Assembly (NCBI RefSeq): GCF_009914755.1
Contig: NC_060947.1
Origin: the human T2T-CHM13v2.0 reference genome, Homo sapiens
DNA length: 64,000 nt
Strand: one strand, 5' to 3'
Shown here: in pieces, positions 53,737-64,000 of the stretch
Layout of the letters: every line of letters starts with the position of its first letter
How positions within the stretch are numbered: the stretch's first letter is position 1
Notes under the pieces: model-generated
What the model was told of the DNA's origin: nothing
The model's input: the letters and a program-made list of their open reading frames with translations, nothing else
The model's database searches: none
Made by a program: the position numbers and the translations under genes

Positions 53737-54934
53737 TTAAATGCATGTTCATTAGAAATGTTTTAAAAGTCAGTGGACAAATTGTAGATAAGACACAGCA
53801 GAAAAGAGTACAAGTGAAAGGAAGAAACAGTTTTTTCCTAATAATTTTTTAAAAATGTACAAGTTTTAGATTTACAGAAAATTGCAAACATAGTACAGAG
53901 TTTCCTTACAAAGTACAGAATTCCCACACACGGTTTTCATTATTTTTAATAGCTCACATTAACGTGGTATGTTTGTTACTGTTAATGAACTATCATAATA
54001 ATGACATTATTAACTAAAGTCTACTTTTCATTTAGGTTTACTTAGGTTTTAACTTAGTGTCCTTTTGCTCTTCCAGGATATCATCCAGGGTATATATTAT
54101 TAAATTTAGTGATGTCTCCCTAGACTTATCTGGACTCAGAGTTACTTAAATATTCTTTTTGTTTTTGGATCACCCTGACAATTTTGAGGAGTACAGGAGA
54201 GATATTTTATTGAATTCCCTTCAGTTGAAATGTATCTAATGTTTTCTTAGGTTGGAGATGGGATAATCTTCTTTTGGGAAAAAGACTAAAGAGGTAAAGT
54301 GCCACGTTCATCACATAGTATAAGAGTACATACTTACGTGACTTATCACTGTTGATATTAACTTTGGTCACCTGAAGTAATTTTTTTGCAGGTTCTTCCA
54401 ACGGAAAGTCATGCTTATTTATTTTTTTCTTTCTTTCAATGTTATAGCCTTTTAAAGGAAGTGACCATATGTAGCCAAAACTTAAAAAGTGGGGGGTTAT
54501 GTTCTACCATCTTGATAGTGGAATATCTCCATAAATTACATGAAATCATTCTGCAGGAAGATTTCTCTTCTATCTATTTACTGATTGAATATTTTGTTTA
54601 TAGTGGGATGGACTCATTAATATTTATTTTATACTTTGAGTTCTAATTCAGTAGTACTTTATTGTTCAATATGTTCCCCCTCTGTCTATTGGGAGCTGTT
54701 TCAGTCTATACTTGTACCCATTTGACATACCGTTATCAATTTAGATTTTTTTGTTTTGTTGTGTTGTGTTTTTCTTTTGCATTTGCTTATTTTATTGTAT
54801 TACAAGATGCTCCAGGATTATCTTGTATGTTTTCCGATTCATTCCTAGAATCATCCATTTTTCCAAGGAGCCCCAGGTCCTTATGCTGGAGAGTGGTTTT
54901 GGAAATGAAGATGTGGGCTAGCTAGATTTATATG

Positions 54935-55165
54935 ATTTTTAATTTCAACTTTTATATTAGTTACAGGGTATACATGTGCAGGTTTGTTACATGGGCATAT
55001 TGCACCCAGGTAGTGAGCATAGTACCCAATAGGTAGTTTTTTAAACATGTGCCTCCTCCTTCCCTCCCTGCTCTAGTAATACGCAGTATCTATTGTTCCT
55101 ATGTTTATGTCCATATGTGCTCATCATTTAGCTCCCACTTATAAATGAGAACATATGGTATATTC
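54935..55165 (-). mobile_element. L1PA (about PA13-16) 3' end fragment
   Basis: tacatgtgcaggtttgttacatggg...cacccaggtagtgagcatagtacccaatagg...ctcccacttataaatgagaacat. Confidence 0.85.
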
Positions 55166-55255
55166 TTTAGTACAAAAGTATTATCGATTCTAGGTGATCA
55201 TAGCTAATAGAAGAAGTAAATAAATAGATGTATACTAACCAATATATACACACAT

Positions 55256-55690
55256 ACCATAGTTTGGTTGTTTGTCTCACCAAACCTCATTTCAAAACTT
55301 GATCCTCAATGTTGGAGGTGGAGTCTAATGGGAGGTGTTTTGGTTATAGGGGCAGATCCCTCATGAATAAATCGATGCCCTCCCTGATGGGGAGGGAGGG
55401 AGGGAGTTTTTACTCTGTTAGTTCCTGTAAGAGCTGGTTGTTAAAAAAAAAAAAAAAAAAAAAAAGCCTAGCACCTCCCCTCTCTCTCTCTTACTTCCTC
55501 TCTTCCCATTTTGATCCCTTCACAATGGCTCCCCTTTGCCTTCCATCATGAGTAGAAGCAACCTGAAGCCCTCAACAGATGCAGATTTGGGCACAATAGT
55601 TTTTGTGCAGCCTGTGAAACTGTGAACCAAATAAGCCTCTTTTCTTTATAAATTATCCAGCCTCAGTTATTCCTTTATAGCAACACAACA
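55256..55690 (+). mobile_element. MSTB/MSTC-type MaLR solo LTR
   Basis: atagtttggttgtttgtctcaccaaacctcat...gggcagatccctcatgaata...ttattcctttatagcaacacaa. Confidence 0.85.
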
Positions 55691-56839
55691 TATATCTTGA
55701 AATATTTCTTTATGTAATCATTTGTCTCTCTATTAAGCTAAATATGTGTTCAGACTGATGTCCCCAACTTCAGTGCACTACCATAGGAGGCATTCTAGTC
55801 TTATCTCTCGTTTATCTGTAAACACCCACTGTAACATTGAGAAAACTGGCTCCTACCATTCCCTATGCATTTACCTAATTGGTCAATCCTAGTATATATT
55901 TAGAGTGGTTTTCAGAATTGTTAGCCTCTACTCTCACAGGAAACAACTTTCTCAACTAAAGTATCGTACTTTTCTTGGTTCATTTTTGTCTTTATTTTCT
56001 ACAGATTCCACTTATTTTCAAAGTTACTTTGCTCAACACTCTTTTCTCTCGCTTCTTCCATGAGGTTGGTTCATACATTTGTAATACAGAACAGTCAGGT
56101 TATTTTATCAGAGTTGCCATTACATCCCAAAATCTCCTGACCTCCTGAAAGGTAATTTTGTAATGTGCATACACTGTTTGCCTCTTTGTTTTGTAACATC
56201 CAGTGGATTTTGACAGATGCCTAGTGTCAAATGTTTACTACTACAGAATCATAGAGAATAGTTTCACTGCCCTCAAATATCCTATTTACATCACCTATTC
56301 AACCCACTCATGATCTCCGAGCCCCTGACAACACTGATCTATTTACCATCTTCAGAATTTTGCCTTTTTTCAGAATGTAATATAATTGGAATCATCCAGT
56401 ACACAGCCTTTTCAGACTGGCTTCCTTCCACTGAGCACTAAACATACACGTAAGTTCCCTCCATAATTTGACATAGCTTGATCGTTAATGCATTCTTTCC
56501 TTTAAAGAGTATTTCATTGTATGGATATACTACAGTTTATTTGTCCGTTCACCTACTGAGGGACATTTTGGCTATTTCCAAGTTTCAGCAATTATGATTA
56601 AAGCTACTATAATAATCATCCACACGCTGGCTTTTGTATTGGCGTAATTGTCTAAATCAAACGAATACGTAGGAACATGATTGCTGGTAAGACTATGTTT
56701 GACTTGAGAAGAAAATACCAAACTGTCTTCCAAAGTGGCTGGACTGTTTAAGATTCCCATCAGCAATGAATGAGAGCTCTTGTTACTTCATCTGCTCACC
56801 AACATTTAATATTTTCAGAGATTAAAAAAATTATGTTAG

Positions 56840-57115
56840 AGCTGGGCACGGTGGCCCACTCCCGTAATCCCAGCACTTTGGGAGCCAGAGGCAGGCGGAT
56901 CACTTGAGGTCAGGAGTTCGAGACCATCTTGGCCAACGTGGTGAAACCCTGTCTTTACTAAAAATACAAAAAAATTAGCCAAGTGTTGTGGCACGTTTCT
57001 GTAATCCCAGCTATTCGGGATGCTGAAGGAGGAGAATCATTTGAACCTGGGAGGTTGAGGTTGAAGTGAGCCGAGATATCATGCCACTGCATTGCAGCCT
57101 GGGCGACAGAGTGAG
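56840..57115 (+). mobile_element. AluS (Sz/Sx-like)
   Basis: Two-arm Alu; tail replaced by compound microsatellite. Confidence 0.93.
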
Positions 57116-57118
57116 TCA

Positions 57119-57198
<80 letters not shown>
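57116..57198. repeat. Compound (GTCT)n(CT)n(AT)n microsatellite
   Basis: Read directly. Confidence 0.95.
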
Positions 57199-57464
57199 GC
57201 CATTCTAAGAGTAGGGGTGTCTTATTGTTCTTTCAATTTGATTTTCCCTACTTAGAAAGAATGTTGATTGTTTTCATATGCTTATTTTATACTTGTATAT
57301 CTTCTTTGGCAAAATATCTGCTCAGATACCTGCTCATTCTTTCATTGGTTTGTTTGTTTTGTTATTGCTGAATATTGAGTGTTCTTTGTATATTTTGGAT
57401 AAAAGTCTTTTCACAGATAGATGTTTGACGGATATTTTCTCCAGTCTATGACTTGTCTTTTCAT

Positions 57465-57700
57465 TATTTATTTATTTATTTCTATTGATACATAATAATT
57501 GTACATATGTAGGGTACATGGGATGTTTTGATACATGCATATAATATCTAATGCTCAAATTAGGATATTTAGGATAGCCATCACCTCAAACATTCATCAT
57601 TTCTTTGAGTTGAAAACAATCCAAATCTTTTCTTTAGCTATTTTTGAATACATAATAAATCATTGTTAAATATAGTCACTCTACTCTGCTATTAACCATA
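57465..57700 (-). mobile_element. L1MA (MA4-8-like) 3' end fragment
   Basis: ttgatacataataattgtacatatgtagggtacatgggatgttttgatacatgcata...catcacctcaaacattcatcatttctttg. Confidence 0.8.
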
Positions 57701-58052
57701 CAGTTAGATAAAATAAATATCTTTTTTATTCTAACAGTCTTTCACAAAGCAGGAGTTTTTAATTGCTATAGTTCAGCTTTTCAATTTTTCTTTTCATCAT
57801 TTTTTATTGTTGTATCTAAATATTTATCACCAAGCTCACTTACAGTTCCTTTCATGTTTTCTTGTAGAAGATTCGTACTATTATATTTAGGTTCAGAATC
57901 TATTTTAAAGTACTCTTGTGAAAGCCATAACTTCTGTGTCTACCAGAGCAATTAGTTGAAATAACTATCCTTTCTCCATTGAATATTATTTTTGCTCCTT
58001 TGTCAAAGTTCAGTTGGCTATATTTGTGTGGGTCTATGTCTGAACTCTTTAT

Positions 58053-58693
58053 ATATATATATATATATATATACTTAAGTTCTGGAATACATGTGCAGAA
58101 CGTGCAGGTTTGTTACGTATGTATACATGTGCCATGGTGGTTTGCTGCACCCATCAACCCGTCATCTACATCTACATTAGGTATTTCTCCTAATGCTAAC
58201 CCTCCCCTAGCCCCCCAACCCCGGACAGGCGCCAGTGGGTGATGTTCCCCTCCCTGTGTCCATGTGTTCTCATTGTTCAACTCTCAATTATGAGTGAGAA
58301 CATGCAGTGTTTGGTTTTCTGTTCTTGTGTTAGTTTGCTGAGAATGATGGTTTCCAGCTTCATCCATGTCTCTGCAAAGAACATGAACTCATCCTTTTTT
58401 ATGGCTGCATAGTATTCCATGGTATATATGTGTGCACATTTGCTTTATCCAGTCTATCATTGTTGGGCATTTGAGTTGGTTCCAAGTCTTTGCTATTGTA
58501 AACAGTGCTGCAATAAAAATACACGTGCATGTGTCTTGGGTTTCAAGCACAAAACTGGGTGGTCATTTGGGCCGACACCGAGCTAGCTGCAGGAGTTATT
58601 TTTCATAGCCCAGTGGCACCTGGAATGCCAGGAAGACAGAACCTGGGACAGTCGAGCTTGGTGTGGGGAGGGGCATCCACCATTACCAAGGCT
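58053..58693 (-). mobile_element. L1PA7/8-like insertion: (AT)n tail, 3' end (-, to 58533), plus inverted 5'UTR piece (+, 58534-58693)
   Basis: TSD tg(a/g)actctttat at 58041-52 and 58694-705; tttcaagcacaaaactggg...gacaccgagctagctgcaggag matches recalled L1PA7/8 5'UTR. Confidence 0.8.
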
Positions 58694-59386
58694 TGGACTC
58701 TTTATTTTGTTCCATTGCCCTATGTATCTGTACTTTCACTGATACCACACTGATCTAATTACTGAAGATTTATAATAATCCTTGAAATCAGCTAGTGACA
58801 GTCTCCCAACTTTATTGCTTTTAAGTTCCTTTTAAGTAATGTGATGCCATATAAGGTCTTTTGCTTCTTGGTATAAGCTTTAGAATCAGTTTGTAATGTC
58901 TTTACTTGGTTTTATCATTATGGTTATCCTGGCTTCATGTAATGAATTAGAAAATATTTCCTCTGGTTCTCTTTTTTGGAAGATGTGGTGGAGAAAAGAT
59001 AATATTTTTTTCTAATATATTTGGTAGAATTTACCAGTGAAAATATACTGGACTGGTGCTTTTGTTCTTGCAAGTTTATTACTTATTCAATGTTTTAATA
59101 CTTATATAAGCCTATTCATATTATTTATTTTTACTTGTGTGCATTTTGGTAGTTTATGCCTTTTAAATAATTTCATTTCACCTATGTTACAAAATTTGCA
59201 AGCAAAGAGTTGTTTTAGTATTGACATGTTATCCCTTTAATGACCATGGGATCAATAGTGATAACACAACATAATTTCTCATGTTGGTAATTGTGTCTTC
59301 TCTCTTTTTTACTTGGTTTGCTTTTCTTTGAGAAGATCTTTATGAATCAATAAAAATCTGTTCAAGAAAAAGATCTTTATCTTTAT

Positions 59387-59487
59387 CCTCCAGCTCCATC
59401 CATGTTCCTGCAAAGAACATGACCTCATTCTTTTTTATGGCTGCATAGTATTCCATGGTGTATAGGTACCACATTTTCTTTATTCAG
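59387..59487 (-). mobile_element. Short internal L1PA fragment without polyA or normal TSD
   Basis: cctccagctccatccatgttcctgcaaagaacatgacctcattcttttttatggctgcatagtattccatggtgta, homologous to 58354-58450 and 60246-60343. Confidence 0.9.
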
Positions 59488-59944
59488 ATTTGTTAATAAA
59501 GATCTTTTAAAAGTAACTGCTCTTTTGATATCATTTATAGTGTCCATCGTTTTGTGGTTTTGATTTTATTGATTTCTGTTATAATTTTTATTATTTATTT
59601 TCTTCAGCATACTTTAAGCTTAAATTTATCTTCTTTTTAGGATTTTATAAGGTGGAAACTTGGAATATTGACTTTAGATATTTCATTCATTCTGACACCT
59701 GCCCTTAATGCTACTGACTTCCATCTAATCACTTAATACTACACAGTTTGAAAAGTTGTATTTTCCTTTTAACTAACTACAAAATATTTTAAAAATTTCT
59801 TTTAAGACTTCTTATTTGGTTCATGTGATATTTAGAAATGTGTTCATTAATTTTAAAATATTTCAATAATTTTCAGCCATCTTTCTGTTATTGATTTCTA
59901 GTTTAATTTAAATGTGATTTCAGAACACATTTGACTTATTTCTA

Positions 59945-61046
59945 TTTTTTAACCTAACTTTTATTTTAAGTTTTGGGTACATGGGCAGGTTTGTTATATA
60001 GGTAAACTTACGTCATGGAGGTTTGTTGTACAGGTTATTTAATCACCCAGGTATTAAGCCATTAGTTAACCCATTAGTTATTTCTCCTGATCATCTTCCT
60101 CCTCTAGCCTTTACCCCCAATAGGTCCCACTGTGTGTTATTGCCCTCTGTGTATCCATGTGTTCTCATCATTTAGCTCTCAATTATAAGTGAGAATATGT
60201 GGTATTTGGTTTTCTGTTCCTGCATGAGTTTGCTAAGGATAATGGCCTCCAGTTCCATTCATGTCCCTGCAAAGGACATGGCCTTATTCTTTCTTATGGC
60301 TGCATAATATTCATGGTATACATATACAACATTTTCTTTATCCAGTCTACCACCGATGGGCATTTGGGTTGATTCCAAGTCTTTGCTATCGTGAGTAGTG
60401 TTGAAATGAACATACGTGTGCATGTGCCTTTGTAATAGAAAGATCTATATTCCTGTGGGTATATACCCACTGATGGGACTGCTGAGTTGAATGGTATTTC
60501 TTTAATGAATCGCTCTTTCAGGAATTGCCACACTGTCTTACAAAATGGTTGAACTAATTTACACTCCCACCAACAGTGAATAAGTATTCCTTTTCTCCAC
60601 AATCCTGCCAGTATCTACTATTTTTGTGACCTTTTAATAATAGCCGTTCTGACTTGTGTGAGATGGTATCTCATTGTGGTTTTGATTTTCATTTATCTAA
60701 TGATCAGTGATGTTGTGCTTTGTTTTTCACATGTTTGGTGACTGTATGTGTTCATTTGAAAAGTGTCTTTTTATGTGTTTTGCCCACTTTTTCATGTGGT
60801 TGTTTCTTTTTTATTGTAAATTTGTTTAAGTTCCTTATAGATACTGAATATTAGACCTTTGTCAGGTACATAGTTTGCAAAATTATTCTCTCATTCTGTA
60901 GGTTGTTTGCTGTTAGTGTCATTTGCTGTACAGAAGGTGTTTAGTTTAATTAGATCCTATTTGTCAATTTTTGCTTTTGTTGCAATTGCTTTTGACATCT
61001 TTTTTAATGAATTGTTTCCTGTTCCCATGTCCAGAATGGTATTGCC
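59945..61046 (-). mobile_element. L1PA (about PA13-16) 3' portion
   Basis: aacttttattttaag...aggtttgttatataggtaaact; ORF 60294-60602 is the ORF2 C-terminus (HCWWECKLVQP). Confidence 0.92.
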
Positions 61047-63215
61047 ATATATTGATTGATGTTTCATGTCTCCCTAAAATGTATAAAACTAGGCTGCGCC
61101 CCAACCACCTTAGGCACATGTCTTCAGGACTTCCTGAGGCTGTGTCAAGGATATGCATCCTCAGCTTTGGTAATATAAACTTTCTAAATTAACTGAGATC
61201 CGTATCAGATTTTCTGTGTTTACATTTTGTTAACCACGGGGGGATGCTGAATGGAGATGCCCCGACTTTTGACAAATCTCCTATTGGTGCTTGGTTCCGG
61301 CGTTAGCTAACTTTATGGCTCGAATCAACAGGACAATTTGCTGAGGTCTGAGAGCACCCCCTCCAGAGATACCTGATCTCCCAAAATTTGGTTGAGATCT
61401 ATAGTTTATTTTGCTACACAACTCTATTTTTGGAGTTCTACTTCCTTCCAACACAAGGAAGGCAAGATTTTTCTGCTTTCATTATGATGTAAGACATGTA
61501 ACTCCTTTATGGAGTTTGAACTCTCTTCCAAAAGGGAAGATGAGGTGTTTTTTGTTGTTTTTTTTGTTGTTGTTGTTTTCTGCTTCTAGGATGGTAGAGA
61601 GCAGTCTACAGCCCGAGACCCATCACTAGCTAAGAAACTGGTTAGGGATTTTGTCTTGCAAATTCTTTTTAAATGACTAAAGTTAGCATTAACAACCAGC
61701 TGGTGTTAATTTCTGCTTACACTTAGAGTGCTCAGAAATTGTACAATTTGTGTGATCATTGTTTAGCAGCATTTTGTCCTAGCTGAAATATGGTAATAAG
61801 ATTAAAAAAAAATTTTTTTAAGGCACTCAGTGGTTAAAAGTCAGCTTAATTAAATGGCTAACATCCAAGATGTGTGTGTGTGTATGCGTGCATGTTTGTA
61901 TTTAAAAGGCCTTCATCTTTTTGGTTTTGTTTGTTTGTTTGTTTTTCTCTCCTAAGACCTTGTCTTTTTTTTTTTGAGCAAAATTTTATTTTCTTTTTCT
62001 TCTCAGTTGACTGAATTCTGTTTTTACTTGATTTTCTTTTTGACCGAAAGAGTTATTGCAAGAGAGACTACTTCTTGGTGTTTTAAGGAAGAGTGTAGTT
62101 TAATTTTATGTTTAATTTGGCTCAAATAAAAATAAAGGTGTCTCCCTCTAGCACCACCAGACTTTTTCTCTCTGTACCTTATGATGTAAATTTTGCTATT
62201 TGATTTTCACCTTAGTTGTTTCCTTTAATGTGCAAATTCAAGGCTATTTGGCTGACAACTGCCTTGGGTTGTGAAACAGGTTATCAAGAATCTGAAAGTC
62301 TAAGTTAGGAAACAAAAAGAGGGTGGTTTTCATAAATCTATAAAATGTACTTCCATTGGTATGCCTAATATGCCTTTATATGTATTTATGTGTTTTGTAC
62401 AAAATGTTTCACTACTAAAAGTATATAAAAGAGCTCTAGTTAACTGGCTTAAAAAAAATAAAAGTGCTTAAATCAGATACTAAAAAAAAACTACTCAAAT
62501 GCTTTGTTGAGTTTATGTAACTTAAGTAAAATCTTTAGTAAATAAGCTAGCTTTAAGATTATTGGTAAAGTAATATTAGAAATGTCTTAAGAAATGCCAG
62601 CATACATTTTTGTTTGCATTTATTAATCAAGCAAATTTCATACTTATCCCTGTCAAATACTATAAGGTGTCAAAATTTGGCATAGGGGTTACAAAACTAT
62701 AAAGCGAGCCCCAAACAGAATGATCTCTGCTTGTGTAATTTTTAATCAATAAGACATTGATATAGGTTTAATGAAAATAGCTGCATCTTGAATTTAGTAA
62801 GATTACTATAACTTCTAATCTTATAGCTTTAGGCAGTCTGGTCCACAGAAAATAAGGAGGTTTATTTTGAGAAAAGACTGTTATCATCTTTGTTTCAAAG
62901 CAAAACTGTAAACTAAGTTTCTCCCAAAGTTAGTTTGGCATATGTCAAGGAATGAACAAGGACAGGTTGGAGGTTAAGAGCAAGATGGAGAGAGTTAGGG
63001 CAAATCTTTTTTCACTGTCTCAGTTATAATTTTGCAATGACAGCTTCATAACTACTATCGCAGTTTTCATAAATAATCTAGGTAAGCAATTAAAATAATT
63101 AGGTAAATGTAATGGGATAAATACTTGTAGACTGGTCATAATTTAGAATATAAAGTTAAATTAAATAATAGATATTTCATTATTTGTGTATTTTCCAATA
63201 AATATATATTGTAGG
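61047..63215 (+). mobile_element. MER4-group ERV1: 3' part of 5' LTR (61047-61224) plus internal leader (61225-63215)
   Basis: attgattgatgtttcatgtctccctaaaatgtataaaact...ttaggcacatgtcttcaggacttcctgaggctgtgtca...tgtttaca, then PBS-like site and AT-rich MER4-int-like sequence. Confidence 0.82.
61228..61245 (+). promoter_or_regulatory. Degenerate primer-binding site, tRNA-Arg-like
   Basis: tgttaaccacggggggat lies 3 nt after LTR end; resembles tggtaaccacg(a/g)agggat, the complement of a tRNA-Arg(TCG) 3' end as recalled. Confidence 0.55.
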
Positions 63216-63622
63216 TTTCACTTGCATCCCTGTGAAGAGACCACCCAACAGGCTTTGTGTGAGCAACAAGGCTGTTTATTTCACCTGGGTGCAGGTGGGC
63301 TGAGTCCAAAAAGAGAGTCAGCGAAGGGAGATATGGGTGGGGCCGTTTTATAGGATTTGGGTAGGTAGTGGAAAATTACAGTCAAAGGGGGTTGTTCTCT
63401 GGTGGGCAGGGGTGGGGGACACAAGGTGTCGGTGCTCAGTAGGGGAGCTTTTGAGCCAGGATGAGCCAGGAGAAGGAATTTCACAAGGTAATGTCATCAG
63501 TTAAGACAGGAGCAGGCCATTTTAACTTCTTTTCTGATTCTTCAGTTATTTCAGGCCATCTGGATGTATACCTGCAGGTCACAGGGGATATGATGGCTTA
63601 GCTTGGGCTCAGAGGCCTGACA
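63216..63622 (-). mobile_element. LTR7-family LTR (3' LTR of HERV-H)
   Basis: Reverse complement starts tgtcaggcctctgagcccaagctaagccatcatatcccctgtgacctgca; TATA (cctataaaa) and AATAAA on minus strand; ends tgaaa; purine tract aagaagacaagaa upstream. Confidence 0.96.
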
Positions 63623-64000
63623 TTCTTGTCTTCTTATATTAATAAGAAAAATACCATAAAATAGTGTTGAAGTGTTGGGGCAGCAAAAATTTTGGGGGTG
63701 GTATGGAGAGATAATGGGCGATGTTTCTCAGGACTGCTTCGAGCGGGATTAGGGACAGCGTGGGAACCTAGAGTGGGAGAGATTAAGCTGAAGGAAGATT
63801 TTGTGGTAAGAGACAATATTGTGGGGTTGTTAAAAGGAGCATTTGTCATATGGAATGATTGATAATGGCCTGGATGTGGTTTTGTATGAATTGAGAAACT
63901 AAATGGAAGACACAAGGTCCGAATAAGAGAAGGAGAAAAACAGGTATTAAAGGACTAAGAATTGGGAGGACCCAGGACATCCAACTAGAGAGTGTCCAAA
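63623..64000 (-). mobile_element. HERV-H internal sequence, 3' end; provirus continues past window
   Basis: Contiguous with LTR7 through polypurine tract; encodes env TM tail. Confidence 0.93.
63783..63998 (-). pseudogene. HERV-H env transmembrane/cytoplasmic tail remnant
   Basis: Hand translation WTLSSWMSWVLPILSPLIPVFLLLLFGPCVFHLVSQFIQNHIQAIINHSI*QMLLLTTPQYCLLPQNLPSA*; in-frame TGA at 63846-63848. Confidence 0.88.

Larger units (their letters stand above)
53840..59940 (-). mobile_element. Long old L1MC/MD-type element (3'UTR into ORF2) hosting several younger insertions
   Basis: ttttagatttacagaaaattgcaaacatagtacagag; cagccttttcagactggcttc; ccaaactgtcttccaaagtggct; continues across the nested elements. 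Confidence 0.75.

Overview
AT-rich primate (probably human/ape) genomic DNA made up mostly of interspersed repeats. I found no credible host protein-coding exon, RNA gene, CpG island or CRISPR array. Almost all listed ORFs are Alu, L1, MaLR or microsatellite artefacts, so the window is intergenic or deep intronic. Elements with target-site duplications (TSDs) readable in the sequence: a Tigger3 with both TIRs carrying three nested inserts (4483-6875); a complete two-LTR MST MaLR (13738-16095); a MER11 solo LTR (28577-29628); a 5'-truncated L1PA with nested AluY and a deleted MST (30581-34890); and a near full-length dead L1PA (40579-46445). At the right edge an HERV-H provirus end (LTR7 plus env tail, minus strand) sits inside a MER4-group ERV. 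The structure least explained by repeat annotation is a set of local short duplications about 0.9-1.5 kb apart: one direct (87 bp), two inverted (about 290 and 78 bp), plus an L1 fragment flanked by templated filler. There is also an unusual L1PA7-like insertion with an inverted 5'UTR piece. I see no evidence for a new protein-coding system. Subfamily names are recalled from consensus sequences and need Dfam/RepeatMasker confirmation.
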